Below, piece after piece: positions 34,253-43,815 of a stretch of DNA of 64,000 nt. Below the pieces are notes generated by a model. The model did no database searches and had not been told where the DNA came from. It saw only the letters and a program-made list of their open reading frames with translations. Both the position numbers and the translations under genes were made by a program. Position 1 is the stretch's first letter, and the number at the start of each line of letters is the position of its first letter. Source of the stretch: Gemmatimonadales bacterium (GTDB lineage: Bacteria > Gemmatimonadota > Gemmatimonadetes > Gemmatimonadales > GWC2-71-9); the NCBI GenBank assembly GCA_036395695.1, contig DASWDA010000075.1, positions 13,441-77,440 on the forward strand, written 5' to 3'.

Positions 34253-36228
34253 ACGCGCTCCACAATGACGGCGCCCGACTCGTGCACGAGGCCCCGCCAG
34301 CCAGGCTCGATGAGACCGGTGGCATCGGGGCCCGCCAGAATCGCCGGCGCGTTGAGCACGCGCCCTGCCTGTATGTCACCGAGGGGCCACACATCGGCGC
34401 GCACCCGTTTGCCATCGCGAGTGACGATCATCCGCCGCGAGCTCGCCGCCCCTTCGCCGCCCTCCGCCGCCCTTCGCCGCCCCGCACCGCATGCAGGCAA
34501 GGGCACCGACCGCTCTGCCACAACGCGCAGGTTGATCAGCTCCACCGGTTGATCGGGTTCGCCGTGCCCGTGACGGGCGCGATGTGCGGCGCGGAACCCC
34601 GCCGCGAGTGTCGCCGGATCGTCGTTCGGCGCCGGAACCGTGACCTCATATCCCTGCCCTTTGAACCGGCAGTCGACAAACCGCGACACCGCGGCGTGCG
34701 GGAGCGCGGCCGCTGCCGCCCGCGCGAGCGGCTCGAAGGCCCGGGTGAGCTCGCCATCGGACAGATCGGCCAACGAGCGGTGCAGCGAGGCGAGCAGGTC
34801 GATGCGCTCCGGCGCCGCGGCCAGCCCGAGCGCACTCAGTACACCGGGATGCGGCGGCACCACGACGCGCGACATGCCCAGCGCGTCCGCCAGCGCACAA
34901 CCAAACAGCGGGCCGGCGCCGCCGAACGGCAACAGCACCATCCCGCGCGGATCGATGCCGCGCGCCACACTGACGCGCTTGAGCGCCCGCGCCATCACCG
35001 CGGTGGCGACCTGGACGATCCCGGCGGCGATCTCGCAGACGTCGTGGGACAATGGCAGTGTCGACAGCGCACGCTCCGCGGCCGCCCGGTCGAGACGGAC
35101 CGAATCCGCGAGCGGGTACAGGGGATCGAGCCAGCCCAGCACGAGGCAGGCGTCGGTCACGGTCGGTGCGATGCCGCCGCGTCCGTAGCACGCCGGACCC
35201 GGCTCCGCCCCGGCGCTGCGCGGGCCGACCCGCAAGGCGCCACCTTCGTCCACCGCCGCAATGCTCCCGCCGCCTGCGCTTACCGTCTCGATCAGGATCG
35301 ACGGCAGGGCGATCGGCACACCGGCGACCGACTCGGCACCCTCGCTGAGCGCGACGCCGCCGCTGATCAGGCTCGCGTCGGCGCTCGTGCCGCCCATGTC
35401 GAGCGTGAGGAGATCGGCTGCGCCCACCGCCGCACCGACGAGGCGCGCGCCCACGACGCCGCCGGCGGGACCGGAAAGCGCGAGACTCGCCGCGCGCCGC
35501 TCCGCTTGCGCGGCGCTGAGCGTTCCCCCGCTCGACGTCATGATGAGAAGTGAGCGCACGCCGCGCTGGCTGCTCACCGCCGCCGTTTTCGCGACGTACG
35601 ACGCCACCTTCGGTCTGAGATAGGACTCCGCGGTGGTCGTACTGGTCCGCTCGTATTCCCGGAAGACCGGCAGGATTTCATGACTCGCCGTCACCGGAAC
35701 GTGCGGCAGCGCCGCGCGCAGCGCGGCCGCGAGACGGCGCTCGTGCTCGGCGTGCCGAAACGCAAACAGCAGAGAGATGGCAATCGACTCGGGCGCGAGC
35801 ACCCGCAGCGCGGCCGTGACCCGCGAGACCTCGCGGTCCGAGAGCGCCTCGACAACGCCGTTCGGTCCCATGCGCTCGCGCGCCCCGATCACGTCAGGAC
35901 GGGCGACGAGCGGCGCCGGGTGGCTACGCGCGAGATCGTACAACGCCGCCCGGTCCTGGCGCCGCAGCCAGAGCAAATCTTCGAAGCCGGCGGTCGTGAC
36001 CAGCACGATACGGGCCCCCCGGCGCTCGAGCAGGGCGTTCGTTGCCACCGTCGTGCCGTGCACGAGCACATCGATGGCGTCGCCGCCGAGCTCGTCGAGC
36101 GACCGGAACAGACCGAGCGAGGGGTCCTGCGGTGTGCTCGCCACCTTCCGGATTTCGAGTGTGCCGTCGGGTGTGACCGCGACGAGATCGGTGAACGTCC
36201 CGCCGACGTCGACGCCGACACGCGTCAT
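34249..36228 (-). CDS. Hydantoinase A/oxoprolinase family protein (HyuA-like)
   Basis: MTRVGVDVGGTFTDLVAV...VHGTTVATNALLERRGA...LTLDMGGTSADASL. Confidence 0.85.
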   Translation of the reverse strand: MTRVGVDVGGTFTDLVAVTPDGTLEIRKVASTPQDPSLGLFRSLDELGGDAIDVLVHGTTVATNALLERRGARIVLVTTAGFEDLLWLRRQDRAALYDLARSHPAPLVARPDVIGARERMGPNGVVEALSDREVSRVTAALRVLAPESIAISLLFAFRHAEHERRLAAALRAALPHVPVTASHEILPVFREYERTSTTTAESYLRPKVASYVAKTAAVSSQRGVRSLLIMTSSGGTLSAAQAERRAASLALSGPAGGVVGARLVGAAVGAADLLTLDMGGTSADASLISGGVALSEGAESVAGVPIALPSILIETVSAGGGSIAAVDEGGALRVGPRSAGAEPGPACYGRGGIAPTVTDACLVLGWLDPLYPLADSVRLDRAAAERALSTLPLSHDVCEIAAGIVQVATAVMARALKRVSVARGIDPRGMVLLPFGGAGPLFGCALADALGMSRVVVPPHPGVLSALGLAAAPERIDLLASLHRSLADLSDGELTRAFEPLARAAAAALPHAAVSRFVDCRFKGQGYEVTVPAPNDDPATLAAGFRAAHRARHGHGEPDQPVELINLRVVAERSVPLPACGAGRRRAAEGGEGAASSRRMIVTRDGKRVRADVWPLGDIQAGRVLNAPAILAGPDATGLIEPGWRGLVHESGAVIVERV

Positions 36229-37790
36229 GGACGGAAACGGCGTTTGAGCAAGAATCCCGCACCGCCGAGGGTGAGCACGACGACGAGCACGCCGACCCAG
36301 TCGCCCAACCGAACGTAGAGCGGGACGACGTCACTCGTGCGCAGCATGCCGGCGACCGCCCCTGCTTCGTTGCGCTGGATCGCGGCGTAGGTTCTGCCCA
36401 GAGGGTCCAGGAATTCGGTGATGCCCGAATTCGCGGCGCGGGCGACGCCCATGCGCGTCTCGATCGTGCGCAGGACCAGATGCGATGCGTGCTGCGCCGG
36501 CGCGCTTGTGTTTCCGAACCACGCGTCGTTGGTCACGTTGATGAAGAACTCGGCGCCCCGCGCCCGATAGATCCGCGTGGCATCCTCGAAGGCGGACTCG
36601 TAACAGATCACCACGCCGAACTTGCCCACCGGAGATGCGTAGATCGGCCAATCCGTTCCGGGGCGAAAGCCACCGGACCATCGCGCGAGTCCGGGAATCG
36701 CGCGGAACAGACGCACCGGCACGAACGGCACGCGTTCGGTCACGGGGACGAGATAATGCTTCGCATAGATCGGATAGCGCGTCCGATCTCCCGCCGTGTC
36801 GTAAAAGAACGCCGCGTTGAAAATGCGATAGGCGCGAGGGAGAAAGCTCTCCGGTTCCGCGTTGAGGCCGCCGGTGAGCAGCGGGACGCGATTCTCGCGC
36901 ACGAACGCGGCAATCCGCGCGTCCCACTGCGGGTGATCGAGGAAGAATCCGGGAATCGCTGCCTCGGGCCATACCAGGAGGTCGGGCTTGGTCGCCTGCG
37001 CCATCAACCCGCCTGACAGCTCCAGCAACGTGTTCATCGCGCTGTCGGCATGCGCGGGGTTCCACTTCTCGCTGAAGGCTTCGTTGGGTTGCACCATCCC
37101 GATCACGCCCACGTCGCGGATCGGCAGCGTCTTCATGCGCCACAGGCCGTATGCGAGTGCCATCAGTACGGTGCCAAGCACCGGAGCAAGTCGACGCACG
37201 ACGTACGACGCACGACGTACGTCCAAGTCGATGGCGGCCTCGACGATCGCAACGTTGCACCACGCGACCCACAGGGTCACGCCGCGTGCCCCGGCGATGT
37301 CGGCCCACTGCACCAGCACGGGGGCATCGGCGAGCGACGTGCCGAGGCCGAGCCACGGGAAGCTCACGTCGCCCAGATGGCCAATCAGCCATTCGAGCGC
37401 CGTCCAGACGACGGGCAGCGCGACCCACAGCGGCACCCGGGGAGCGGCCAGGCGGATACGCACGACGAACCAGAACATCGCGCCCGTGAACAGCCCAATG
37501 ATCGCGATCGTGGCGAAGTACCCGAGCGCCGAGAACGGTGTGAAGTGCCACAGCGCGACGACCATCCAGTACAGCACCAGGGCGTTCGTCATCAGACCGT
37601 ACCACCAACCGCAGCGAAATGCGCTGCGGGGATTGCCGTCCTGCACCGCCTGGCGGACCAGGAGCACGGCGGGCGTGATGGCAAAGAAGCTGAGGAATGG
37701 CAGGGGAAACGGTGGGTAGCTGGCGGTGAGCGCGATGGCGCCCACCACGACGAGTACAACCAAACGACGTCGGGCGGGGGTGGGGGTCAC
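36225..37790 (-). CDS. lnt: Apolipoprotein N-acyltransferase
   Basis: The N-terminus is polytopic. The CN-hydrolase domain has DLLVWPEAAIP...FGVVICYESAF...INVTNDAWFG. Confidence 0.85.
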   Translation of the reverse strand: MTPTPARRRLVVLVVVGAIALTASYPPFPLPFLSFFAITPAVLLVRQAVQDGNPRSAFRCGWWYGLMTNALVLYWMVVALWHFTPFSALGYFATIAIIGLFTGAMFWFVVRIRLAAPRVPLWVALPVVWTALEWLIGHLGDVSFPWLGLGTSLADAPVLVQWADIAGARGVTLWVAWCNVAIVEAAIDLDVRRASYVVRRLAPVLGTVLMALAYGLWRMKTLPIRDVGVIGMVQPNEAFSEKWNPAHADSAMNTLLELSGGLMAQATKPDLLVWPEAAIPGFFLDHPQWDARIAAFVRENRVPLLTGGLNAEPESFLPRAYRIFNAAFFYDTAGDRTRYPIYAKHYLVPVTERVPFVPVRLFRAIPGLARWSGGFRPGTDWPIYASPVGKFGVVICYESAFEDATRIYRARGAEFFINVTNDAWFGNTSAPAQHASHLVLRTIETRMGVARAANSGITEFLDPLGRTYAAIQRNEAGAVAGMLRTSDVVPLYVRLGDWVGVLVVVLTLGGAGFLLKRRFRP

Positions 37791-38794
37791 AACAATACGT
37801 CGCGCCCTTCCTCGGACGACCGGTAGATCGCGTCGAGCACGCGCTGCAACGCCAGCTGATCGCGCGGCGGCGGCGCACTCACATCACCCTTGATGACCGC
37901 CAGGAAGTACATCCACTCGGCGCGATACGACTGAGTGAACTGGGTCTCACGCCCGATGGCGCCGGTCGGCGTGACGTCGACAGCCTGGCCGTGCTGCTCC
38001 TTGAAAATGCGCAGCGGCTGGATCATCGCCGAGCCCTTCGCGCCGACGACGTCGAACCAGAAGCGCTCACCTTCGCCGAGGTGCCGCCAGCTGACGTCGA
38101 CCGTGAGGGACACGCCGTTTTCACACACGATCAGCGCCGATCCCATGTCCTCGAGGGCGTCCTTGTTCGGCCGGGTCAGATGGGCAGAGATCCGTTTCGG
38201 GGCGGGCCAGCCCGCGAGCCAGAGCCCCAAGTCGATGAGTGGCAGCCCCAAATCGAGCAGCGCGCCACCGCCCGCTTGCTCCCGCCGCAGCCGCCACCCG
38301 AGCATCTGGCGGCTCGGCTGGAAGGTGTACCAGCCGCCGCGCACCGCCTGCAATCCGCCCAGATCGCCGCCCGCGAGAAACCCCCGCACCGCCTGCACGT
38401 CGGAGCGGAAGCGATGGTTCATGCCCACCATCACGCGCTTGCCGGACTTCTCGCTCGCCGCGAGGGCACGCTCGACACCTGCCACGGTCAGGGCCAGCGG
38501 CCGCTCGCACAGTACGTGGACCCCGGCGCTCAGTGCGGAGGTGACGTGGATCTCGTGCAGATGGTTGGGTGTGCAGAGCACGACGACGTCGACGTTGGCG
38601 TAGCGCAGCACCTCTTCGATGTCGTCGTAGGTGTCTTCCACCTCAAAGCGCGCGGCGAGCGCCTGCGCCTTGCCGACATCGTTGTCGCAAATCGCCGCCA
38701 CTTCGACACCGGGCAAGCGCCGCAGCACCGGCAGGTGCGCGACCTGCGCTATCGCGCCCGCGCCGAGGACTCCAACCCGGATGGGGTCGTTCAC
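37787..38794 (-). CDS. Gfo/Idh/MocA family oxidoreductase
   Basis: IRVGVLGAGAIAQVAHLPVLRRLPGVEVAAICD...VLCERPLA. Confidence 0.8.
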   Translation of the reverse strand: MNDPIRVGVLGAGAIAQVAHLPVLRRLPGVEVAAICDNDVGKAQALAARFEVEDTYDDIEEVLRYANVDVVVLCTPNHLHEIHVTSALSAGVHVLCERPLALTVAGVERALAASEKSGKRVMVGMNHRFRSDVQAVRGFLAGGDLGGLQAVRGGWYTFQPSRQMLGWRLRREQAGGGALLDLGLPLIDLGLWLAGWPAPKRISAHLTRPNKDALEDMGSALIVCENGVSLTVDVSWRHLGEGERFWFDVVGAKGSAMIQPLRIFKEQHGQAVDVTPTGAIGRETQFTQSYRAEWMYFLAVIKGDVSAPPPRDQLALQRVLDAIYRSSEEGRDVLL

Positions 38795-39480
38795 TTCGTA
38801 GGCGCTCTGCTGCCTTTGAGCCGGTACATGATCCCGGTGCGGAGGCTCGCCGCCTTGAGTCCGCTCGACAGCGTGCCGCGCCCGTCCAGCGTGAACTGCC
38901 AGGCATGGGACAGGTTGAACTCGAACGCAATTGTCCCGTTGAGCCCTGCGGTGATGACGTCGAGGGCATCCTCCACGAAGGTGCCGTTGATCGCTGCCCC
39001 GCCGCCATTGCGCACGTGCACGCTGATCCCCGTGCCGATATACGCGGTGACACCGTGCGCCTGGGGGAAGACGTACTGGAAGTCGATGTCGCCGATGATG
39101 TCGCTGATCGTAATGCGCCCGAGGTTGATCGTATCGGGTGTCGATGGATTCACGATGCTGTCGAGGCGCCGTTCAAACCGGTCGCGCGCCTGATTATCGA
39201 ATTGGGAGTGGAAGTAGGAAACGCCGAGCAGCAGCCGCACCTTGGGAGCGATGCGGCCGTAATCAACGCGGATCCCTCCCACGGTGGCGCCCCTCAGCTC
39301 CGTCGCCCCGAGCACGCCGAGATCGAATTGGATTCCTGAGACACGGAGATTGTCGTAGGAGAACTGGCTCAGGACACCCTGTGCGGAAAGTTGGACGGTT
39401 GGAATGTTGGAAAGAAGAAACAACACCAAACATTCCAACTTTCCAACCTTCCAACGCCTCGTTTCAGTAGATCTTCTCAA
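38791..39480 (-). CDS. Putative outer-membrane beta-barrel protein
   Basis: The signal-like N-terminus is RRWKVGKLECLVLFLLSNIPTVQLSAQG. Alternating beta-strand patterns follow, and the C-terminus is aromatic-rich (LRTGIMYRL). The start is TTG 39480. Family assignment is uncertain. Confidence 0.45.
   Translation of the reverse strand: MRRSTETRRWKVGKLECLVLFLLSNIPTVQLSAQGVLSQFSYDNLRVSGIQFDLGVLGATELRGATVGGIRVDYGRIAPKVRLLLGVSYFHSQFDNQARDRFERRLDSIVNPSTPDTINLGRITISDIIGDIDFQYVFPQAHGVTAYIGTGISVHVRNGGGAAINGTFVEDALDVITAGLNGTIAFEFNLSHAWQFTLDGRGTLSSGLKAASLRTGIMYRLKGSRAPTK
39390..39455. repeat. AT-rich 25-bp imperfect inverted repeat built from three GTTGGAA and three TTCCAAC units
   Basis: The left arm is GTTGGACGGTTGGAATGTTGGAAAG (39390-39414). 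A 16-nt loop follows. The right arm is CATTCCAACTTTCCAACCTTCCAAC (39431-39455). 22 of 25 positions are complementary. Confidence 0.8.
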
Positions 39481-40729
39481 TCTTCGTCCCCGGAAAGTAG
39501 GTTGTGAGTATCGCTCGATAGTCCTGGCCCGCGCGCGCCCGGCCGATCGCGCCCCACTGACACATCCCGACCGCGTGCCCGGATCCGGCGCCCGCCGCGA
39601 CCAGTCGCGTCACCGCGCCGTTCGCCTTCGTCACCGTCAGCTGAAACGCGGTGCTCGCGAGCATGCGATCCGCCTCTGGGCGAAGCACCGAGCGGACGTC
39701 GGGTCCCGGAATCCGCACGTCGCCGCGCTCGAACACGATCCGCAGCTCACCGACGCGTCCCGATCGCGTCGTGCGGCTCACCGTCACGTCGGTAATGCGC
39801 TGCAGTCCGTCGCCCGACAACGGTGTTACGGTGGGCAGCGTTCGCGACAATATAGCGCGCAGCTTGGACGCATCCCATTCTTCGCGCCAGCGGAATCGGG
39901 GTGAAATATCACAGTAGTAATGTCCGCCACCCCGGTCGTCCGACACCGGTCGCAGATAGGGACGCGTACGCGCGGCCGCGAACGCTTCTTCGATACCGGC
40001 CGTGCTGAAGCCGCACGTCGAGTGGAAATACGCGTCGATCACGTCACCGTCATACTCCAGCACCTGTCCCGCGGTCCGGCGCACCGCGTCCCACGCCTGA
40101 TCGGTTTCCACGGCGACACCGAGATAGACCTGATCGCGGGTATCGGCGTAGGCATCGAACCCAAACGCCTCCCACCGGCCCCGGTTCTTGATGGCAAAGG
40201 AGCGGGAGACGACGGCCTGGGCGAGGACGGCGGCGACCTCGTCGGGCCGGCGCGCGCCGATCTCCGGCCCGAGCACACCCGCGAGGTAGCTCTCGACGTT
40301 GACGCGATTCACGACGGTGAGGCCGCCCCGGCCGGACGTGATGTTGATGCGCCCCCGATACCGCCGGCCGTTCGCCACCACGAACCGGTTCTCCGTGACG
40401 TTCACGACGGCAATCCCGCGCAATGGCTCGGTCCGCGTGGTATCGGGCTTGACGAGTCGGAGTCGCGAGGGATCAGCCGAATCCGGGACGACGACCCAGC
40501 GGACCCCGGGCGGAACCGACCCCACGGGCGTGCCGCTCGCCGCGTCACTGACGAACAACTCGCCGCTTTCGGGTCCGCCGATCGACGTATTGGCGAGTCC
40601 CGTCGCGAGGCCGATCCGCAGCTCCAGCTCGCCGGCCAGCGGCTGCGGTCCGCCGCCCGGCGCCCGCGGGCAACCTGCCGTCGCCAGGAGGGCGACGCTA
40701 GCGACCGCGTGCTTCGCCCAACGCCGCAT
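39464..40729 (-). CDS. SpoIID/LytB domain lipoprotein
   Basis: MRRWAKHAVASVALLATAGC is a lipobox signal from ATG 40729. VESYLAGVLGPEIG...AQAVVSRSFA...YFHSTCGFSTAG are SpoIID motifs. Confidence 0.8.
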   Translation of the reverse strand: MRRWAKHAVASVALLATAGCPRAPGGGPQPLAGELELRIGLATGLANTSIGGPESGELFVSDAASGTPVGSVPPGVRWVVVPDSADPSRLRLVKPDTTRTEPLRGIAVVNVTENRFVVANGRRYRGRINITSGRGGLTVVNRVNVESYLAGVLGPEIGARRPDEVAAVLAQAVVSRSFAIKNRGRWEAFGFDAYADTRDQVYLGVAVETDQAWDAVRRTAGQVLEYDGDVIDAYFHSTCGFSTAGIEEAFAAARTRPYLRPVSDDRGGGHYYCDISPRFRWREEWDASKLRAILSRTLPTVTPLSGDGLQRITDVTVSRTTRSGRVGELRIVFERGDVRIPGPDVRSVLRPEADRMLASTAFQLTVTKANGAVTRLVAAGAGSGHAVGMCQWGAIGRARAGQDYRAILTTYFPGTKIEKIY

Positions 40730-41984
40730 CGAGCTGCTCGATGGTGAAATCGATATCGGCGTCCGCATGCGCCGCCGAGACGAAGCCTGCTTCGAAGGCA
40801 GACGGGGCGAGGAACACGCCGCGCGCGAGCGCCGCCTTGTGCCAGCGCGCGAACAGCGCCGTGTCGGCTTGCTTGGCGTCGGCGTAGTTGCGGACCGGCC
40901 CGGGTGTGAAGTACAAGCTCCACATCGATCCCGCGTGACCCACGGAGACGGCGACGCCGTGCCGCTGCGCGAGCGCGCGCAGGCCCGCTACGAGGCGCGC
41001 CGTCTTCTGTTCCAGATCCTCATAGAAGCCGGCGCGACTCGTCTCCCGCAGGGTCGCGAGTCCCGCGGCCATCGCGACCGGATTCCCCGAAAGCGTGCCC
41101 GCCTGGTAGACCGGCCCTTCGGGGGCGATCCGTTTCATCAAGTCCGCGCGGCCGCCGTAGGCGCCCACCGGAAACCCGCCGCCCACGACTTTGCCCAGGG
41201 TGGTAAGGTCAGGCCGCACCCCAAGGCGCTCCTGGGCGCCCCCGCTGGCCACGCGGAATCCCGTCATCACCTCATCAAAGATCAGGAGCGCACCGTACTG
41301 GTCACACACGGCGCGCAGCGCCGGATGAAAGTCGGAATCGGGACTGATGAACCCGGCATTCCCGACGTACGGCTCGACGATGATCGCCGCGATCCGGCCC
41401 TCGTGCGCCCGAAATAGATCGGCGACGGCCCGCGCGTCGTTGAACGGCGCGGTCAAGGTTAGCTCGGCCAACGCCGCCGGGACGCCCGGACTGTCCGGCA
41501 GTCCGAGCGTCGCCACACCCGACCCCGCCTTCACGAGGAAGCCGTCGGCGTGGCCGTGATAGCAGCCCTCGAATTTCACGATGAGCTCGTGCCCCGTGAC
41601 CGCGCGGGCCAGCCGCACCGCGGCCATCGTCGCCTCGGTCCCGCTGTTCACGAACCGCATCATCTCGAGACTGGGCATGCGGCGCCGGACCTCTTCTGCC
41701 AGCTCGACCTCCGCCTCGCACGGGGTGCCGTACGTCCAGCCGCGGGCGGCGGCCTGCTGGACGGCCTCCAGCACGGCCGGATGCGCGTGGCCGAGGATCA
41801 GCGCTCCCCAGGAGCAGACGTAATCGAGGTACTCGCGGCCGTCGACGTCGGCGAGGCTCGCGCCATGCCCATGCGCGACAAAAAAGGGCGATCCGCCGAC
41901 AGCCCGGAACGCCCGTACGGGTGAGTTGACGCCCCCGGGCAACACCCGTTTCGCCCGGTCGAAGAGCTCGCTCGACCGTGTCAC
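40698..41984 (-). CDS. hemL: Glutamate-1-semialdehyde 2,1-aminomutase
   Basis: LPGGVNSPVRAFRAVGG...FDEVMTGFRV...LGKVVGGGFPVGAYGG. Confidence 0.95.
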   Translation of the reverse strand: MTRSSELFDRAKRVLPGGVNSPVRAFRAVGGSPFFVAHGHGASLADVDGREYLDYVCSWGALILGHAHPAVLEAVQQAAARGWTYGTPCEAEVELAEEVRRRMPSLEMMRFVNSGTEATMAAVRLARAVTGHELIVKFEGCYHGHADGFLVKAGSGVATLGLPDSPGVPAALAELTLTAPFNDARAVADLFRAHEGRIAAIIVEPYVGNAGFISPDSDFHPALRAVCDQYGALLIFDEVMTGFRVASGGAQERLGVRPDLTTLGKVVGGGFPVGAYGGRADLMKRIAPEGPVYQAGTLSGNPVAMAAGLATLRETSRAGFYEDLEQKTARLVAGLRALAQRHGVAVSVGHAGSMWSLYFTPGPVRNYADAKQADTALFARWHKAALARGVFLAPSAFEAGFVSAAHADADIDFTIEQLDAALGEARGR

Positions 41985-43288
41985 GTCAGCGCGGCCGCCT
42001 GGAAGTCGTAGTCCTCACTCGCCGTGATGCGCGCACGCACGAAGCCGCCGGGCTGGGCCCAGCCGCCCTGCTCCAGATACGTGACGCCGTCGACGTCATC
42101 CGCCTGCCACTGGACTCGCCCGACCTTGATGCCCTCTTCTTCTTCCAGCCGATCCACGAGCACGTCGACCTCACGCCCGACGAACCGCGTCAATCGCTCG
42201 GCGGAGATCGCACGCTGTACCTCGACGATTTCTTCTAGACGATCTCGCTTGACGCCGTCGTCTACGTCGTCCTCGTATTGCATCGCCCGCGTCCCCTCCT
42301 GCGGCGAGTATGAAAACGCGCCCATGCGGTCGAATTGCGCTTCTTCCAGAAACCCGAGCAATGCCTGGAAGTCCTCAGCGGTCTCACCGGGGAACCCCAC
42401 CAGGCACGTCGTCCGAATCGCGAGATCGGGGATAGCGCCACGGAGCCAGGCGAGCTTTTCGCGCAGCGTGCGCAGGCGCTCGGGGCGCCGCATCCGCTCC
42501 AGCATCCGATCGGTCGCGTGCTGGATCGGCATGTCGATGTACGGGACGATCCGCGGGTTCCGCGCGATCAGCTCCACCAACCGCTCGTTGATCCCCGCCG
42601 AGTAGACGTACAGCAAGCGGAACCACGGGACCGTGGTCTCCCGCAGCAGCGCCTCGAGCAAGTCGGGCAACTTGGGCCCACCGAGCCCCAAATCCCTTCC
42701 CCAATGCCCCAGATCCTGCGCAACCAGGTTGATCTCCTTCGCGCCTTGCGCCTCGAGCTGCTGCGCCTCGCGCACCAGCCGTGTCAGCGGCTCGGAACGG
42801 TGCTTGCCGCGCATCAGGGGAATGGCGCAGAACGCGCAGGTGTGGTCGCAGCCTTCCGAGATCTTGAGATAGCGAACGTGTGACTGAAGGCCGAGGAACT
42901 GCCGGACGCCGGGATGCGCGGCGACGGGGTCGGTAATCAGCCCTCGCTGGGCGAGCTCGGGAACGAGGTGGTGCAGCTCCGAGAACCCGAGGAATAGATC
43001 GACTTCGGGAATCTCAGTCTGCAGCTCATGCTTGTAGCGCTGCACGAGACACCCGACCGCGACGACCGCCTTGACCGCCCCGGTTGTTTTGAGCTTTGCG
43101 GCTTCGAGCATCGCGTCGATCGATTCCTGCTTCGCCGCGTCGATGAAGCCGCAAGTATTGATGAGGATGACGTCGGCCGCCTCGAGCTCGGGCGTGACGA
43201 CGGCGCCGTGCCCGACCAGCTCGCCCACGAGCCGCTCCGAGTCCACCGTCGCTTTGTCACAGCCGAGGGAGATGACGCCCAGCTTCAT
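41981..43288 (-). CDS. rimO: Ribosomal protein S12 methylthiotransferase RimO (radical SAM plus TRAM)
   Basis: MKLGVISLGCDKATVDSE is a RimO-type N-terminus. CDHTCAFCAIP is the radical-SAM CxxxCxxC motif. A C-terminal TRAM domain is present. Confidence 0.9.
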   Translation of the reverse strand: MKLGVISLGCDKATVDSERLVGELVGHGAVVTPELEAADVILINTCGFIDAAKQESIDAMLEAAKLKTTGAVKAVVAVGCLVQRYKHELQTEIPEVDLFLGFSELHHLVPELAQRGLITDPVAAHPGVRQFLGLQSHVRYLKISEGCDHTCAFCAIPLMRGKHRSEPLTRLVREAQQLEAQGAKEINLVAQDLGHWGRDLGLGGPKLPDLLEALLRETTVPWFRLLYVYSAGINERLVELIARNPRIVPYIDMPIQHATDRMLERMRRPERLRTLREKLAWLRGAIPDLAIRTTCLVGFPGETAEDFQALLGFLEEAQFDRMGAFSYSPQEGTRAMQYEDDVDDGVKRDRLEEIVEVQRAISAERLTRFVGREVDVLVDRLEEEEGIKVGRVQWQADDVDGVTYLEQGGWAQPGGFVRARITASEDYDFQAAALT

Positions 43289-43788
43289 CCGCGGTAGTTC
43301 CCGAAGCGGAGCTCGATGCCGAAGTCCTGCGCGCGCAGGAACGCGATGACTTCCTGGAGCTCGTCCTTCGACGGCGCCTGCACGCGGATCTCTTCGCCCT
43401 GAATCGAGCTTTGCGCCTTCTTGAATTTTTTGTCCTTGATTGCCTTCACGATCGCCTTGGCTTTTTCCTGGGGGATGCCCTGGGTGAGCTTGATCTCACG
43501 CCGCACCGTGTCGTTCGCCGCCGGCGTGATCACGCCGAGCTCCATGTTTTTCACCGGGACGCCGCGCTTGATCATCTTCGACTGCAGCACGTCGAACAGC
43601 GCTTTCATCTTGAAGTCGTCGTCGGCGATCAGCGTGAGCGTCGCTTTGGGACGATCGAACGCGATCGACGCCTTCGAGCCTTTGAAGTCGTAGCGCTGGA
43701 TGATTTCTTTCTGGGCCTGATTGACGGCGTTGTCGACCTCTTGGAGGTCGGCGCCGGTGGACACGTCGAACGATGCAGTGGAGGCCAT
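43285..43788 (-). CDS. yajQ: YajQ family (UPF0234) nucleotide/c-di-GMP-binding protein
   Basis: SFDVSTGADLQEVDNAVNQAQKEIIQRYDFKGS...IQGEEIRVQAPSKDELQ. Confidence 0.9.
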   Translation of the reverse strand: MASTASFDVSTGADLQEVDNAVNQAQKEIIQRYDFKGSKASIAFDRPKATLTLIADDDFKMKALFDVLQSKMIKRGVPVKNMELGVITPAANDTVRREIKLTQGIPQEKAKAIVKAIKDKKFKKAQSSIQGEEIRVQAPSKDELQEVIAFLRAQDFGIELRFGNYRG

Positions 43789-43789
43789 A

Positions 43790-43810
43790 GGGCGGGTAAT
43801 CTACCCGCCC
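43790..43810 (-). promoter_or_regulatory. Perfect 9-bp stem and 3-nt loop hairpin filling the rpoD-yajQ intergenic gap
   Basis: GGGCGGGTA-ATC-TACCCGCCC. On the minus-strand mRNA it ends 1 nt before the yajQ ATG (43788). Confidence 0.5.
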
Positions 43811-43815
43811 CGACC

